Part shown: one piece after another, positions 24,084-36,736 of the stretch
How positions within the stretch are numbered: position 1 is the first letter of the stretch
Layout of the letters: every line of letters begins with the position of its first letter
NCBI RefSeq assembly: GCF_004010195.1
Contig: NC_057757.1
Coordinates: 1,437,787-1,484,691, forward strand
Direction of reading: 5' to 3'
Source: Chiloscyllium plagiosum
Lineage: Eukaryota
Length of the DNA stretch: 46,905 nucleotides
The notes under the pieces: generated by a model
What the model saw: the letters and a program-made list of their open reading frames with translations, nothing else
Databases searched by the model: none
What the model was told of the DNA's origin: nothing
Made by a program: the position numbers and the translations under genes

Positions 24084-25149
24084 CAGAAGTTGGGAGGTCA
24101 TGTTGTGGCTGTACAGGACATTGGTTCGGCCACTTTTAGTATATTGCGTGCAATTCTGGTCTCCTTCCTATCGGAAAGATGTTGTGAAACTTGAAAGCGT
24201 TCAGAAAAGATTTACAAGATGTTGCCAGGGTTGGAGGATTTGAGGTATAGGGCGAGGTTGAATAGAATGGGGCTGTTTTCCCTGAAGCGTCAGAGGCTGA
24301 GGGATGACCTTATAGAGGTTTATAAAATCATGAGGGGCATGGATAGGCTAAATAGACAAGGTATTTTCCCTAGGGTGGGGGAAGTCCAGAACTAGAGGGC
24401 ATAGGTTTAGGGTGAGAGGGGAAAGATCTAAAAGAGACCTAAGGTGCAACGTTTTCACAGAGGGTGGTATGTGTATGGAATGAGCTGCCAGCGGAATTGG
24501 TGGAGGCTAATACAATTGCAACATTTAAGAGGCATCTGGATGGGTGTATGAATAGGAAGGGTTTAGATGGATATGGGCCAGGTGCTGGCAAGTGGGACTA
24601 GATTAGGTTGGGATATCTGGTCGTCATGGATGAGTTGGGCCCAAGGGTCTGTTTCCGTGCTGTACATCTCTATGGCTCTACACGAGATTAAATGGGAGGG
24701 AAATGGAAGAGTTTGGCGGGAAAGTTCAAGATGCCTGCACATTCAGAATTCAATAAATGTTTCATTTGAGGTGTGCCATTATACCAGGCCATGACGATGG
24801 TGAACAGTGTGATTTTGAAGGATTACAATGAATCTTTGACGTTCAATTTTTGTACTGGTATGTAAGAATAAAATTTGCTACCAGTAATCTCTTATTTTTA
24901 TCCAGTAATTACCTTTACTGTAATGCATTCTGTTTTTCTTCTTTACCTGGGATTAGTTGAGCGATCAAATCAACTTCTGCTAACAGTATGGTATTTTGAA
25001 CTGCAGCATGAATTTCAGCCCCTCAAAACTACTGCCCGTGTAATAGTCAACCCTTTAAATTAAACCTTTAAAATAGTCTAAAAAATTTGACTTTTAAATG
25101 AGTATATGCAGTATTTGAAAAGCCTTTTAAGTTTTTTTCAAAAACACTT

Positions 25150-25638
25150 GTACAATGAAAGGGGAGCTGCCAGTTCTCGTAGTTCAGGGGTTGTTCTAGT
25201 TTGTATTGATTCGGTTTCAGCAAGGAGTCTGTTTGAAGCAGCTGATCAATGGAAGTGGCTAGGAAGAAAAGGGTCGCTGATTCAACAGAGGTTTTCTGGC
25301 TGACTCTCTCTGCAATCTCCCTCTCTCTTGTAAGAGCCCGTGTTTGAATTTACTTTTTTGCCAAGAGGGTGTTTATAGGATGTTGCAGGAAATCGGAACA
25401 ACACTTTGTTAAGTTGCGTTTTCGTGTCTGTTGGGTTTTCAAATTGTTATGTTATTCTAAACTTGGTTTTCTTTTGTTCGTGTGTAAATAAATTCTGTTT
25501 TGTTTAAAATCGTCTGGTTTGACCAGCTGCATCACTTCTGGAATATCCAGCTTACACCTGCTTAAAGCAACTAGAAAAGTTAGGATCTACGCTACCTTCT
25601 TGAAATGTTTTGTGGGGAGTCTGGCCTGGCCCGTAACA
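25150..25638 (+). mobile_element. Probable LTR remnant
   Basis: CT-rich U3/R-like tract, AATAAA at ~25487, ends in ...cgtaaca. 5' boundary and TSD not identified. Confidence 0.4.
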
Positions 25639-25988
25639 CATGTTAAACAGAGGATTTTCCCTTTACTCTCTCTTTCCCTATTTAGAACACCATGTCTGTC
25701 CCTTCTCTTAAAAAGACGAGTCTCTCAAATCCTATTCTTCATCCTTTCCATATAAACAACATACCTGAGTACTCTGAGATAAGGCAGGAACAGGATACTG
25801 ATTAAGGATGATCAGCCATGATCATATTGAATGGTGGTGCAGGCTCTAAGGGCAGAATGGCCTACTCCTGCACCTATTGTCTCTTGTCTGTGTCGAACGG
25901 TTACCTTTTCCTTGGCCTGTCTTTCTCTGCATCTTTCACACATGCATGCAGGAGTATGTTTATCTACCAATTGTTTTATGTCTTTCAG

Positions 25989-26047
25989 ATGCAATTTGTT
26001 TATGGACGTATTCAAAGATATCAAACAGTCGAGATCACAATGACAAG
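25989..26047 (+). CDS. Mucin SEA domain exon b: MQFVYGRIQRYQTVEITMT(S)
   Basis: tctttcAG acceptor, GTagca donor, 59 nt, phase 0-2. M..VY..I..Y..V.I pattern. Confidence 0.88.
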
Positions 26048-26453
26048 GTAGCAATTTCAGAACACAAGTCCAAGTTCTGATAAATTTATATTATGTGTGA
26101 TTAAAAACAATATGGGCCAATCATGTTCAATGAAATCTGTGCAGATATGCAAATAAGTGCTCTGTGATGGATGATGAAGGTTTAAAGCTTCAGTTGGAGG
26201 AGGGCAACAAACTTGCCCCCATTGAGAGGAAATAATGGAGAAGTAACTGGAAAAGAGATTAAACTACAGAATCATCCCGATATTTGCTCTCGGGATTTGC
26301 CTATTTATATCAGTTCTTCAAGAGCTGAATGCACAGGGCAGATAAAATTCAGCTCCATTGATTATATCTGTTGGATCTTGCTCCAATGTCATCAAGCAGT
26401 AACTAGCATTAAACATAATTTTTGTTTTTTCTCCTCTTCCCTCATGTTTTTAG

Positions 26454-26593
26454 CCAGGGCAGCATTGTTACTGATCACAAAGCTATTTTCAACAAAAAAA
26501 CAGAGCAGTTCGATGAAAGCATGATAAAGGAAACAATGAAAGATATCAAAGAAAGCTTACAATCCAGGAATTGTACCAACAGTAATGATTCAA
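26454..26593 (+). CDS. Mucin SEA domain exon c with GSIV motif: SQGSIVTDHKAIFNKKTEQFDESMIKETMKDIKESLQSRNCTNSNDS
   Basis: Long pyrimidine tract plus ttAG, GTaaga donor, 140 nt, phase 2-1. GSIV corresponds to the SEA autoproteolysis motif. Confidence 0.9.
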
Positions 26594-28061
26594 GTAAGAA
26601 AGTGATCCTGTTCTCAATTACAGTAGCAGTAAAGTCACACAGCCACACGAACACCTCATCTTAAATGTCTTTGTGCGGCGTGTCATTGTGTTGGGCACTG
26701 ATTTAAAGCCATTCTTCCTCCTAAACAGCAGTGATTGCTCATGAAAATCTCCAACCAGACCCTATGCTACACTAACACTGTTTTAGCCACATGTAGAAGT
26801 TGACCTTTAAAACCTGCAAACATATCTCCAGAAATGAAGAGTCAACTCATATGCCAAGTATAAAAGTGAAGAAGTGGTGGTTGTCATGTTTACCAATCAC
26901 CTTAGGGGGTCAGCTATGTGCAGGGTACGTCTTAAACTCCTGCATATTATTGCAGCACAGCCTGTATTGTCTGCCTACACCCTGATCCCTTACACCCAGT
27001 TAGAAAGTACAGGTCAATAAAACATTCATCTGTGGAGAGAAAAATTGAGGCTCCAAATGTCAGAATAGCATCTTGGGGCTGGAAAAGTGGGTGGGAGGGG
27101 TCAAGGTATATGCAAAAACAGGAATTTTGGGACCATGAAAATGAAGTCGTCATATATGCCGGGTTGATGTATACTGTAATTTTGATGGGAAATAACTCCT
27201 TGTCACACAAGCAATGTTGATTGTTGACTGTCTGTTTCAGGCAGAGCACTGTCACCTCCTTCTCAGAAGGTTGTGGGTTAAAGTCTCACTCCAGTTTATA
27301 ATCCACGCTGAGATATGAGCCTACTGACATGCCGGCGAGATGAAGATAGGGTGGCAGGATCCCCATCACTGAAGGGGCTCAGTGAATCAGTTTGGTTTTA
27401 TTACTCACCAGCTCACATTGATTCAATGTGTGGTTAGATTTCAAACTTAGAATCTGTGGGTTTCTAAACCCGTTCCACAATCACTGCACTTGACAAACTG
27501 CTCTCATTTATCAGGGGTTTGCTTTTGCCAACCCATTTGCTTTCTTTGAAATATGCTTGGCATCATTTTCATCCCCACTGACTGTCTGATACTCTGATGG
27601 GAGGGGCTCATAGGCCTGTTGATTTCACGGGGTGAGCAATCACCTCCGGTAAAGCTAAAAATAATGACGAGAAATCTTTGTTGTGTTAACAGTGCCAACC
27701 TGAATGTGTATTAATGGGCATTTCTGGTGAAACTAGCACTTAAGTCTCCATCCCTGTTTATGCTAAGTAGGTGGTGATACAAATGATGGGATTGTTTGTC
27801 CACTTCAGTGGGCATTTATTACCACATAGGTGATGACATGTAGGTTGACATGTAGGCTGTACAGGTCTGGGTGACAGGATTCCTTCTCTCGACAGTAAAC
27901 CTGTTGGAGCAACATAATCACTGCACTACTGTTTAATTTCAGAATAGAATTTAAATATTTTACTCATGTTGCTTTCTTGATATGTATGATTATTAATTCA
28001 AAGATTATTGAAAGCTTCTCCTGTGTATATCCTTTTAACTGTGAACTCATTCACATTTCAG

Positions 28062-28130
28062 AGCAGTGTTCAGGACTTCAGCTTGCGCCAAATTACAAAA
28101 ATGTATCATACACAGATCAAGATGTGACTG
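28062..28130 (+). CDS. Mucin post-SEA linker exon: KQCSGLQLAPNYKNVSYTDQDVT
   Basis: atttcAG acceptor, GTgagt donor, 69 nt, phase 1-1. Supplies a Cys that could partner the Cys of the previous exon. Confidence 0.8.
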
Positions 28131-28241
28131 GTGAGTTTTACATTCTTTAAGTTTATAAACATAGCAACAAATTAAGAGTCTAAGACTTCATATAATGAAG
28201 TTGCAAACAAATAAAATACTTTACACACTTTATCTTAATTG

Positions 28242-31200
28242 TTAACACGTGGCTGCAAGGCTAGTGCAGGAGGATGGGCTTCAGACACCTAGACCATTGG
28301 GATGCCTTCTGGAGAAGGTGGCACCTGTACATGAAGGACAGCTTGCACTTGAACTGGAGGGCACAAATGTCCTGTTTGGGAGATTTGCTGGTGTGGTTCG
28401 GGAAGGTTTAAACTAGTTTGGCAAGGAGGTAGGAATCAGAGCTAAATATCTGAGAGAGGGGTGGTTGTAGATGGGGCAGTGACAGGATGTAGTGAATCTA
28501 TTGTGAAGGTTTCTCACGTGATGAAACAAAGGGATTGGTTAAAGTGTGTCTGCTTTAACGCAAGGAGTGTTAGAAATAAGAGAGATGAACTTAGAGCATG
28601 GATCAGTACTTAGGGCTATGATGTTGTGGCCATAACAGAAATGTGGGTTTCACAGGGGCAGGAATGGTTGCTAGATATTCTTGTGTTTAGAACATTTAAA
28701 AAGAACAGGGAGGGTGGAAAAAGAGGAGGGGGTGTAGCATTGCTAATCAGAGAATGCATCACAGCTACAGGAACAAAGGTTGTTGAGTAAGGTATGCCTA
28801 CTGAGTCAGTGTGGGTGGAAGTTAGGAACAGCAAGGGAGCAGCCACCTCATTGGGGGTTTTATACAGACCTCCTAACAGCAGTAGGGAGATTGAAGATCT
28901 CATAGGCGGGCAGATTTTGGAAAAATGCAGGTGTAGCAGGGTTGTTGTTATGGGTGACTTCAACTTTCCAAATATCAACTGGAACCTTCTTAGTGCAGAT
29001 GGTTTGGTTGGAGCGTTTCCTTACTCAGTATGTAGACAGACCAACGACGGGAGAGGCCATTTTGGATTTGATGCTTGGCAATGGGCCAGGACAGGTGTCA
29101 GATCTCGTGGTGGGAGAACACTTTGGTGACAGTGATCACAACTGCCTCACATTTACCATAGCCTTGGAGAGCGAAAAGAGCAGTCACCAAGGGAAGATAT
29201 TTAACTGGGGAAAAGGAAATTATGATGCTATCAACAGGAGTAGGGAAGTACAGACTGGGAGCAATTGTTCCACAGAAAGGGTATAGCAGACATGTGGAAG
29301 CTGTTTAAGGAGCAGTTGTTGCGAGTGATCCACAAATTTGTTCCTCTGAGACAAGTAAGAAGGGGTAAGATTAAGGAACCTTGGATGATGAGAACAGAGG
29401 AGCTTCTCGTCAAAAGGAAGAAGGCAGCCAAGGTGAAGGAAGCAAGGATCTAGCACAGCTTTACAGGATTACAGGCTTGCTAGAAAGGAGCTCAGAAATA
29501 GACTGAGGAGAGCCAGGAGGGGCCACAAGAAAGGCTTGGCAGGAAGGATTAGGGAGAAACCAAAGGCATTTTACTCATACATGAAGAATAAGAGAATGAT
29601 CAGGGAAAAAGAGGGCCGATCAGGGAAAGCATAGGGAACTTATGTGTGGAGTCTTGAGCAGATAGGGGAAGCCCTAAATGAATTTTTTGCCTCAGTTTTC
29701 ACTAAGGAAAGGGACCTTGTTGTGAATGAGAACTTTGAGGAGCTGTGATATGGGCTTGATAGATCAAGATAGATGAAGTTGATGTGTTGGAAATTTTGGT
29801 GAACATTAAGATTGATAAGTCCCCGGGGCCAGACCAGATTTATCCTAGGTTGCTCTGGGAAGTGAGAAAGGAAGTTGCTATGCCGCTGGTGAAGATCTTT
29901 GCTTCCTCACACTCCACAGGAGTCATACCGGTGGATTGGAAGGAGGCGAGTGTTCCTCTTTTCAAGAAAGCTAATAGGGAAATCCCTGGCAATTACAGAC
30001 CAGTCAGTCTTATGTCTGTGGTCAGCAAGGTTTTGGAAAGAATTCTGAGGGATAGGATTTATGACTATTTGGAAAAGCATAGCGTGATTAAAGGCAGCCA
30101 GCATGGCTTTGTGAAGGACAGGTCGTGCCTAACTAACCTTATTGAGTTCTTCGAGGAGGTGACAAGACAGGTCGATGAAGGTTAAGCAGTAGATGTGGTG
30201 TATGTGGACTTCAGCAAGACATTTGATAAGGTTCCCCATGATAGGCTTATTCATAAAGTCAGGAGGTATGAGATACAGGGAGATTTGGCTGGATTTAAAA
30301 TTGGTTGGCTGACCGAAGTCAGAGAGTGGTTGTAGATGGAAAGTATTCTGCCTGGACATCAGTGTTGAGTGGTCTGCCACAAGGCTCTGTTCTTGGCCTC
30401 TGCTCTTTGTAGTTTTTATAAATGACTTGGATGAGGAGATTGAGGGGTGGGTTAGTAAATTTGCAGACGACCACAAAGGTTGGAGGTGCCGTTGATAGTA
30501 TGTATTGAGGGCTGTTGCAGGCTGCAGCGTGACATAGACAGGATGAAGAGCTGGGCTGAGAAATGGCAGATGGAGTTCAACCTGGATAAATGCAAAGTGA
30601 TGCATTTTGGAAGGTTGAACTTGAATGCTGAATATAGGATTAAAGGCTTGATTCTTGGCAGAGTGGAGGAACAGAGGGATCTGGGTGTGCAAGTACATAG
30701 ATCCCTTAAAGTTCCCACCCAAGTGGATAGGGTTGTTAAGAAAGCATATNNNNNNNNNNNNNNNNNNNNNNNNNNNNNNNNNNNNNNNNNNNNNNNNNNN
30801 NNNNNNNNNNNNNNNNNNNNNNNNNNNNNNNNNNNNNNNNNNNNNNNNNNNNNNNNNNNNNNNNNNNNNNNNNNNNNNNNNNNNNNNNNNNNNNNNNNNN
30901 NNNNNNNNNNNNNNNNNNNNNNNNNNNNNNNNNNNNNNNNNNNNNNNNNNNNNNNCTGGATTTAAAATTGGTTGGCTGACCGAAGTCAGAGAGTGGTTGT
31001 AGATGGAAAGTGTTCTGCCTGGACATCAGTGTTGAGTGGTCTGCCACAAGGCTCTGTTCTTGGCCTCTGCTCTTTGTAGTTTTTATAAATGACTTGGATG
31101 AGGAGATTGAGGGGTGGGTTAGTAAATTTGCAGATGACCACAAAGGTTGGAGGTGCCGTTGATAGTATGTATTGAGGGCTGTTGCAGGCTGCAGCGTGAC

Positions 31201-32037
31201 ATAGAAAGGATGCAGAGCTGGGCTGAGAAATGGCAGATGGAGTTCAACCTGGATAAATGCAAAGTGATGCATTTTGGAAGGTTGAACTTGAATGCTGAAT
31301 ATAGGATTAAAGGCAGGATTTTTGGCAGTGTGGAGGAAAAGAGGGATCTTGGTGTTCAAGTACATAGAACCTTCAAGGTTGCCACCCAAGTGGATAGGGT
31401 TGTTAAGAAAGCATATGGTGTTTTGGCTTTCATTAATGGGGAATCGAGTTTAAGAGCCGCGAGGTTTTGCTACGGCTCTACAAGTCCCTAGTGAGACCAC
31501 AATTGGAATATTGTGTCCAATTCTGGTTGCCCTACTAGAGGAAAGATACAAAGGCTTTGGAGAGGGTGCAAAGATGGTTTACCAGGATGCTGCCTGGACT
31601 GGAGGGCTTGTATTATGAAGAGAGGTTGACTAAGCTTGCATTTTTCTCTCTGAAGAGAAGGAGGAAGAGAGGTGACCTGATCGAGGTATACAAGGTAATA
31701 AGAAGCATGGATGGAGTCAATAGCCAGAGACTTTTCCCTAGGGCAGGATTGACTGGAAAGAGGGGTTATAGTTTAAAGATATTAGGAGGAAGGTATAGAG
31801 GAGATGTCAGAGGTAGGTTCTTTACGCAGAGAGTTATGAATGCATGGAACGTGTTGCCAGCAGTCGTGATGGAAGCAGAGTCATTAAGGACATTTAAGCA
31901 CCTGCTGGTCATGCAAATGGATCGCAGTGAATTGAGGGGTGCGTAGGTAAGGTTATTTTATTTTACATTAGGATTAATCCTCGGCTCAAAATTGTAGGCC
32001 AAAGGGCCTCTTCTGTGCTGTACCTTTCTATGTTCTA
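28242..32037 (+). mobile_element. Long CR1 LINE: end of ORF1 (esterase-like), APE endonuclease and RT, with stops and frameshifts
   Basis: NTWLQG...LDHW..FW....LY.KD.LHLN; GVLYRPPNS, VVMGDFNFPNI, GDSDHN; KSPGPDQIYPR, NYRPVSL, SQHGF; tatgttcta tail. Confidence 0.95.
30750..30955. other. Assembly gap
   Basis: Run of N. Confidence 1.
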
Positions 32038-32106
32038 AAACGTTTGTGAGATGTGAGAAATACATTGCCAAAAGCGTGATTTTGTTTTCCATTAACTGTT
32101 CAACAG

Positions 32107-32269
32107 TTGATTGCTCTACGTATGTCAAAGACAATTTCAAGGACTATTTTGCAGCTGTAAATACATCTTCGGGCTGGATCTGTGTATCAAGATGTTACAG
32201 TGACCATAAAGATCACTTGCAGTGCCGATACGGGAAATGTGAGCTCACAGCAAAGGGTCCCAAATGCTT
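32107..32269 (+). CDS. Mucin Cys-rich/EGF2 exon: VDCSTYVKDNFKDYFAAVNTSSGWICVSRCYSDHKDHLQCRYGKCELTAKGPKC(L)
   Basis: caacAG acceptor, GTaagt donor, 163 nt, phase 1-2. The CVSRC...C..G.C.L...GP.C pattern is typical of MUC3/12/17. Confidence 0.92.
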
Positions 32270-32789
32270 GTAAGTTTTGATTGATATTCTTGTGTTTAAC
32301 TCATAAATGGTTAACCTAGTGAGGTCCAGGGCTGCTGAACCTGCAGAATTGTCTTGCGGTCTTGATATTTAAGGTTTAATTTCCTGGGCAGTGCTGCAGA
32401 CAAACCAACAAAAAAAATCACTTTGAAATTACAAAGAGCTGTGAGCTTTTATTCGGTTTGATTGGGGTTAACAATCAGGAACATTATTGTTACTTGTTTT
32501 AAAGAAGCTGGAATACAGAAAAATTGCAGTTTAGCTGGGGAGGTTGGAATAAAACATCTGGGACTATAAGTATTACTCAGTGCCCTAACCAATGGGTGTG
32601 ACTGCAAAAGATTCACCTGCAGTTTCTTTATACAATGCTGTTAACTATCGATTTATGTTTGTTAATTACCTTGCATGACATATCTGACTCATGTCATACC
32701 TTTCTTGAAAAAACTAAAACTTAAACAAAAATCTCACCTCTCTTCCAGAGATTGGATCTAAGAAAGACTGATGGAATGAAAGACTTCAA

Positions 32790-33110
32790 TTTTTTACAAT
32801 GAATTCATGAAACGCGAGTGTCACTAGCTAGACCAGTATTTATTGTTCAGAGGGCAGTTAATAGTCAGCCACTTTGCTGTGGGTCTGGAACCATAGAAGG
32901 CCAGACCAGATAAGGATGGCAGATTTCCTTCCCTAAAAAGCATTAATGAACCATTAATTTAATAATAATAATCATCAACAATGTCAACAAGAGTACCATC
33001 AGGATCGCTTTTTATTGAATTCAGATTTCACCATCTACTGCAATGGGTTTTGATCCTTTGCTCACAGAACTAATTCAGTGACATTACCAGTGTGTCATCA
33101 TCTCCTAACT
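32790..33110 (-). mobile_element. Degenerate SINE of the same family as 42793-43150
   Basis: Reverse complement similarity (aaggatggcagatttccttccctaaa, gtgggtctgga). Confidence 0.55.
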
Positions 33111-33488
33111 GAAGTTCACTATAAAGGTCAAAGACTTCTTATCCTCCTCTCCTACTCTGTTTGAAGCATTTACTGCCCATCCCCATTCTCCCTGCAAAGA
33201 TGGTAGTACAAATAATGGGCTTGCAAGGCCTCAGCAGAGTCACTGCCAACCACACTGAATGAAACTGACATGAAACTGGAACCTTGTATAGGTGGTGTAA
33301 ATTCAGCATTCAGTACAATTGATTTTAAATTGGCAATTCCACTTACACATATCAAGGTGGTTGATGCATGAAGTGGAGACATGTCACACAAGCCTTATGG
33401 GTTGCTGTTTTGATGAAATGTTCCATGAATGATGAAATGATGAAATAAACGCATTGGCTATGCATTTGGTGTAGTAGTGCTTGCTAAG

Positions 33489-33700
33489 ACAATGCAAATG
33501 GAACTTTACTCTGTAACTAAACAATATGAGGTGTGTTAGATGAGACAGTGCAGATAGAGTTTTACTCTGTAACTAAACAATGCTAGGATATTCAATGGGG
33601 AACAATAATAGATGAAATTGTACTTGATATCTAACCTCTGCTATACCTATCCTGCAAGTGTTTGATAAGATGGGGCAGAAGAACATTTATTCTAGATCTA
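33489..33700. repeat. Degenerate ~55-65 bp tandem repeat (gacagtg.aga..gag.tttactctgta.ctaa)
   Basis: Four diverged units immediately upstream of the TM exon. Confidence 0.55.
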
Positions 33701-33752
33701 TATTTTAATTCAGTAACTTCATTTTGCCTGACCATTTCTTTTTTGGTTTCAG

Positions 33753-33929
33753 ATGTGATACATCAAAGGATTACTGGTACATTGGAGAAAACTGTCAATT
33801 CCCGGTCCATATATTGACTCTCATCATCGTGACAGTAGTGGTGGTTCTGATAATCATAGTCACATTGATAGTGCTGACTGTGTATTGTACAAGATACCAA
33901 CATATGGTCAAGCGAAACCATTTATCAAG
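33753..33929 (+). CDS. Mucin EGF2 end plus transmembrane exon: CDTSKDYWYIGENCQFPVHILTLIIVTVVVVLIIIVTLIVLTVYCTRYQHMVKRNHLS
   Basis: tttcAG acceptor, GTattt donor, 177 nt, phase 2-2. WY.G..C motif followed by a ~25-residue hydrophobic helix and basic residues. Confidence 0.92.
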
Positions 33930-34561
33930 GTATTTTAGTCACCGCCGCTAACATTTCCTTCTTTGTGGCTCAATGTCTATGGAGTAATATTCCTGAGAAT
34001 CTGCACTTAATTCCACAATGGCAGTTTGAGACTCTGAATTCTATTTAAGAACTCTGTAAATAAGCAATTGGCTCTAGTTAAAGTGGCTATGGTGTTACTG
34101 GATTCTTGTAAAGACCCAAATAATCCACAAATATTTTCGTGAATCACTCAGTTTGTTCAATGAGACTTCCCACACTACTGTATGTAGTCTGTTAACCACC
34201 CTCACATGTGTCCAAGTGATCAGTTCAAGGAACAGCTCACCACGATGAGTGGTAGTGTCCCTACCCTTGGAGACCCAGGTTCAAATTCCACCTGAGGGGC
34301 ACATGATAACATTTCTGAACACATGAAGCAGATGATATGTGAGGACAAAGAGAAGACTCATCTTGAGCTCTCAGAGGATCAACCATAAATATTGATGGAT
34401 GTTCAAGTACTTTTAAATTAATAGAAAGTGGAATTAAGTCTGATTCCTAAACCCTTGTCCAAGATGCCTCTGAAGACAGGATCCATAAGGTAATGTTCAG
34501 TGTCACTCCAAGTCTGTACATTTGCATATTACTAACACAGGTTGAAATGTTTGTAATCCAG

Positions 34562-34671
34562 CAGGACGAAGACCCCAAATCAGATATTGAAATGGTGGGA
34601 GGAGGACAACTGGGAGTGGCGTGTATCCCAAGGTTTAACTCTCAGCAACCTTGCTGCTGCAAATGTTCACG
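34562..34671 (+). CDS. Mucin cytoplasmic tail exon: SRTKTPNQILKWWEEDNWEWRVSQGLTLSNLAAANVH
   Basis: tactaac branch point at ~34530, cAG acceptor (CAGCAG), GTaaga donor, phase 2-1. The Trp/acidic segment resembles MUC3-family tails. Confidence 0.8.
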
Positions 34672-35221
34672 GTAAGATTCAATGCTTTTCAAGCTCTAAT
34701 CTTTTGGGATGTTCCTTAAGTCAGAATGACATGACCAGCGACTAAAGTGTGACAAGTTATCTCCAAACGATAGTGAAAGGAATTTATTTTAAACACAGCT
34801 TAATATTTTTGTTAGACAACCAAAGGTTAACAAATGTTCTCTCCCCTCCCCAACGCCCCCAAATCTCCAACCTGATGAACTGAAAGAATGCAAGATTTCC
34901 AATGCTGAGAACCTACAGTACTTGGGGTTGCTTTGAGATGCAGAGGTATTGGTTGTTGGGCTTTGAGATGATGTGGGATATGGACAGTGAGGGAGCTGAG
35001 GTTTTCTGATACTGTGAGACACAGAAGAGCTGGGATCTGGGACACTGTGGGAATTGGAATTGGGTGTTACAGGCGGTGTGAAGGCTGGTTTGCAACATCT
35101 CACAGGGACCTCTGTCTGCAGAACACTGTCAGTGCTATGGACCAGAAGTAGATGTAGACTTTTCAATGCTGTGATCAAAAGACTTTATAACAGTTGTGTT
35201 CAAATACTCATGTCTCCCCAG

Positions 35222-35278
35222 ATACTCAGAATTGAAGAGCCATTCCCCAGAACAGAGGACATGAACTCATCTTTCAAG
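35222..35278 (+). CDS. Probable penultimate mucin tail exon (...EEPFPRTEDMNSSFK in phase 0); 5' boundary uncertain
   Basis: Strong AAG|GTAAGA donor at 35279 and a tctccccAG acceptor. EDMNSSFK resembles the ENVDTTMK-type segment that ends the penultimate exon of MUC3. The phase does not fit a direct join to the 34671 donor. Confidence 0.5.
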
Positions 35279-36342
35279 GTAAGACTTTATTTTGTAATCT
35301 CTTCATATTCCAGGGCCCAGAATGGAAAAGAGCAAGACCTTTGTCTGTGTCCTAAACTCTTGGAGCAGGAGTAGGCAATTCAGCCTTTCCTGCTCCATTT
35401 CATACAATCATGGCTGATCTCATCCTGGCCTCAATTCCACTTTCCTGCTCCTCCCCTTCAACCTGTTACTAATTACAAATCTGTCCATCTCCTCCTTAAA
35501 TTTACTCAATGTCCCAACATCCACTGCATCCTGGGACAGTGAATTCTGCAGAATCATGATCCTTTGAAAGAAGTAATTTCTCATCTTATTTTACACTGCT
35601 ACCACTTAGTCTAAAACTATGACCACTCGTTATAGATTGCCCCATAAGGGGAACCATCCATTTTATGTGTACTTTGCCGTACCCATCAGCATCTTATAGA
35701 CCTCAATGTGACCTGAGAGGTTGCTACCCAATGGTAGGTGGGTGTGAGTGTGTTTTGGGGGTGTAACAGCGGTCAGTTTGCTTGGAAGCTGAGCAAAGAC
35801 TGTTAATGAGTGGAGTGCCTAACAACTGACTGACTTGGGAGTGGGAGTGAGGGTGGGGGAATTAATGGGAATCAAGCTGCAGACTACAGCAATCCCAACA
35901 TTTAATGCAGGATAATGGGGCAGAAATGTCTGTTTTTTTCAGCCCCACATTCAGGTGGGCTGCAACCTTCTGCTCATTTTAGAGGCATTTAATCAAATAT
36001 ATGAGGAAGATAAAACTAGGAGCAGGACAGACATTTCGACTCATCATACCTGCTCCAGCATTCAAAATGGTTATTTCACACCCACTCTCAGTATACTTCG
36101 AGAGAGAAAGATCTGTCAATCTGAGCCTTAAATATATTCAACGATGGAGCGGCCTCAACCCTCTGGGGTAGAGAATTCCAAAGATAGACTTCCCTTTCAG
36201 TGAAGACATTTCTCTTCATCCCAGTCTGGGTCTCCAACTTTCCTGACATAAGGTGGCCAGAAGTGGACACTGTTACTCCAGATGCATAGCTTTAAACAAG
36301 GGAAGCATCATTCCCTCCCCTTTGTCATTGCGCTGCTTTGCC

Positions 36343-36647
36343 AGATTAGAATAGATTAGATTCCCTACAGTGTGGAAACAGGCCCTTCGGCCCAACTAGT
36401 CCACATTGACCCTCCGAAGAGCAACCCACCCAGACCAATTTCCCTCTGACTAATGCACTTAACGCTATGGGCAATTTAGTATGGCCAATTCACCTAAGCT
36501 GCACATTTTTGAACTGTGGGAGAAAACCGGACCACCAGGAGGAAACCCACGCAGACACAGGGAGAATGTGCAAACTCCATGCAGACAGTCGCCCGAGGCT
36601 GAAATTGAACCTGGGACCCTGGTGCTGTGAGGCAACACTGCTGACTG
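36343..36647 (-). mobile_element. HE1-like V-SINE, near full length
   Basis: Reverse complement of the 23455 element plus a CR1-type tail (agattagattccctacagtgtggaaacaggcccttcggccc). Confidence 0.88.
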
Positions 36648-36715
36648 TAAAAGACTGTTTTTTATATTCAATTCAATTCAATAATTCAATTCAATATTCT
36701 GTTTTTATTCTTCAG

Positions 36716-36736
36716 ATCAAAATGTTAAAGCTGTAG
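36716..36736 (+). CDS. Probable terminal mucin exon, coding part IKMLKL* (phase 0), followed by 3' UTR
   Basis: Strong gtttttattcttcAG acceptor. ATTAAA at 36894-36899 is followed by T/GT-rich sequence. The phase-1 reading is also open (DQNVKAV...FLFP*, to 36882). Confidence 0.5.
   Translation: MKMLKL

Larger units (their letters stand above)
23325..24680 (+). mobile_element. CR1 LINE fragment interrupted by a SINE and an assembly gap
   Basis: DVIYMNFDKVFDKV-like segment at ~23358; LYRTLVRPLL.YCVQFWSP.YRKD after the gap; tctatggctcta tail. Confidence 0.85.

Noticed and set aside
23634..24243. Long ORFs containing X runs (also 30480-31389)
   Set aside because: Artefacts of translating through assembly gaps.
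30289..31416. 461-bp tandem duplication inside the CR1 (30289-30749 and 30956-31416)
   Set aside because: The copies end and begin exactly at the N gap. Most likely unmerged contig overlap or reads from another CR1 copy or haplotype, not a real duplication.
34531..34540. Upstream AG (actaacacAG) as acceptor of the tail exon
   Set aside because: It lies immediately after the branch-point motif and gives an in-frame stop after four codons; the AG at 34560-34561 fits better.
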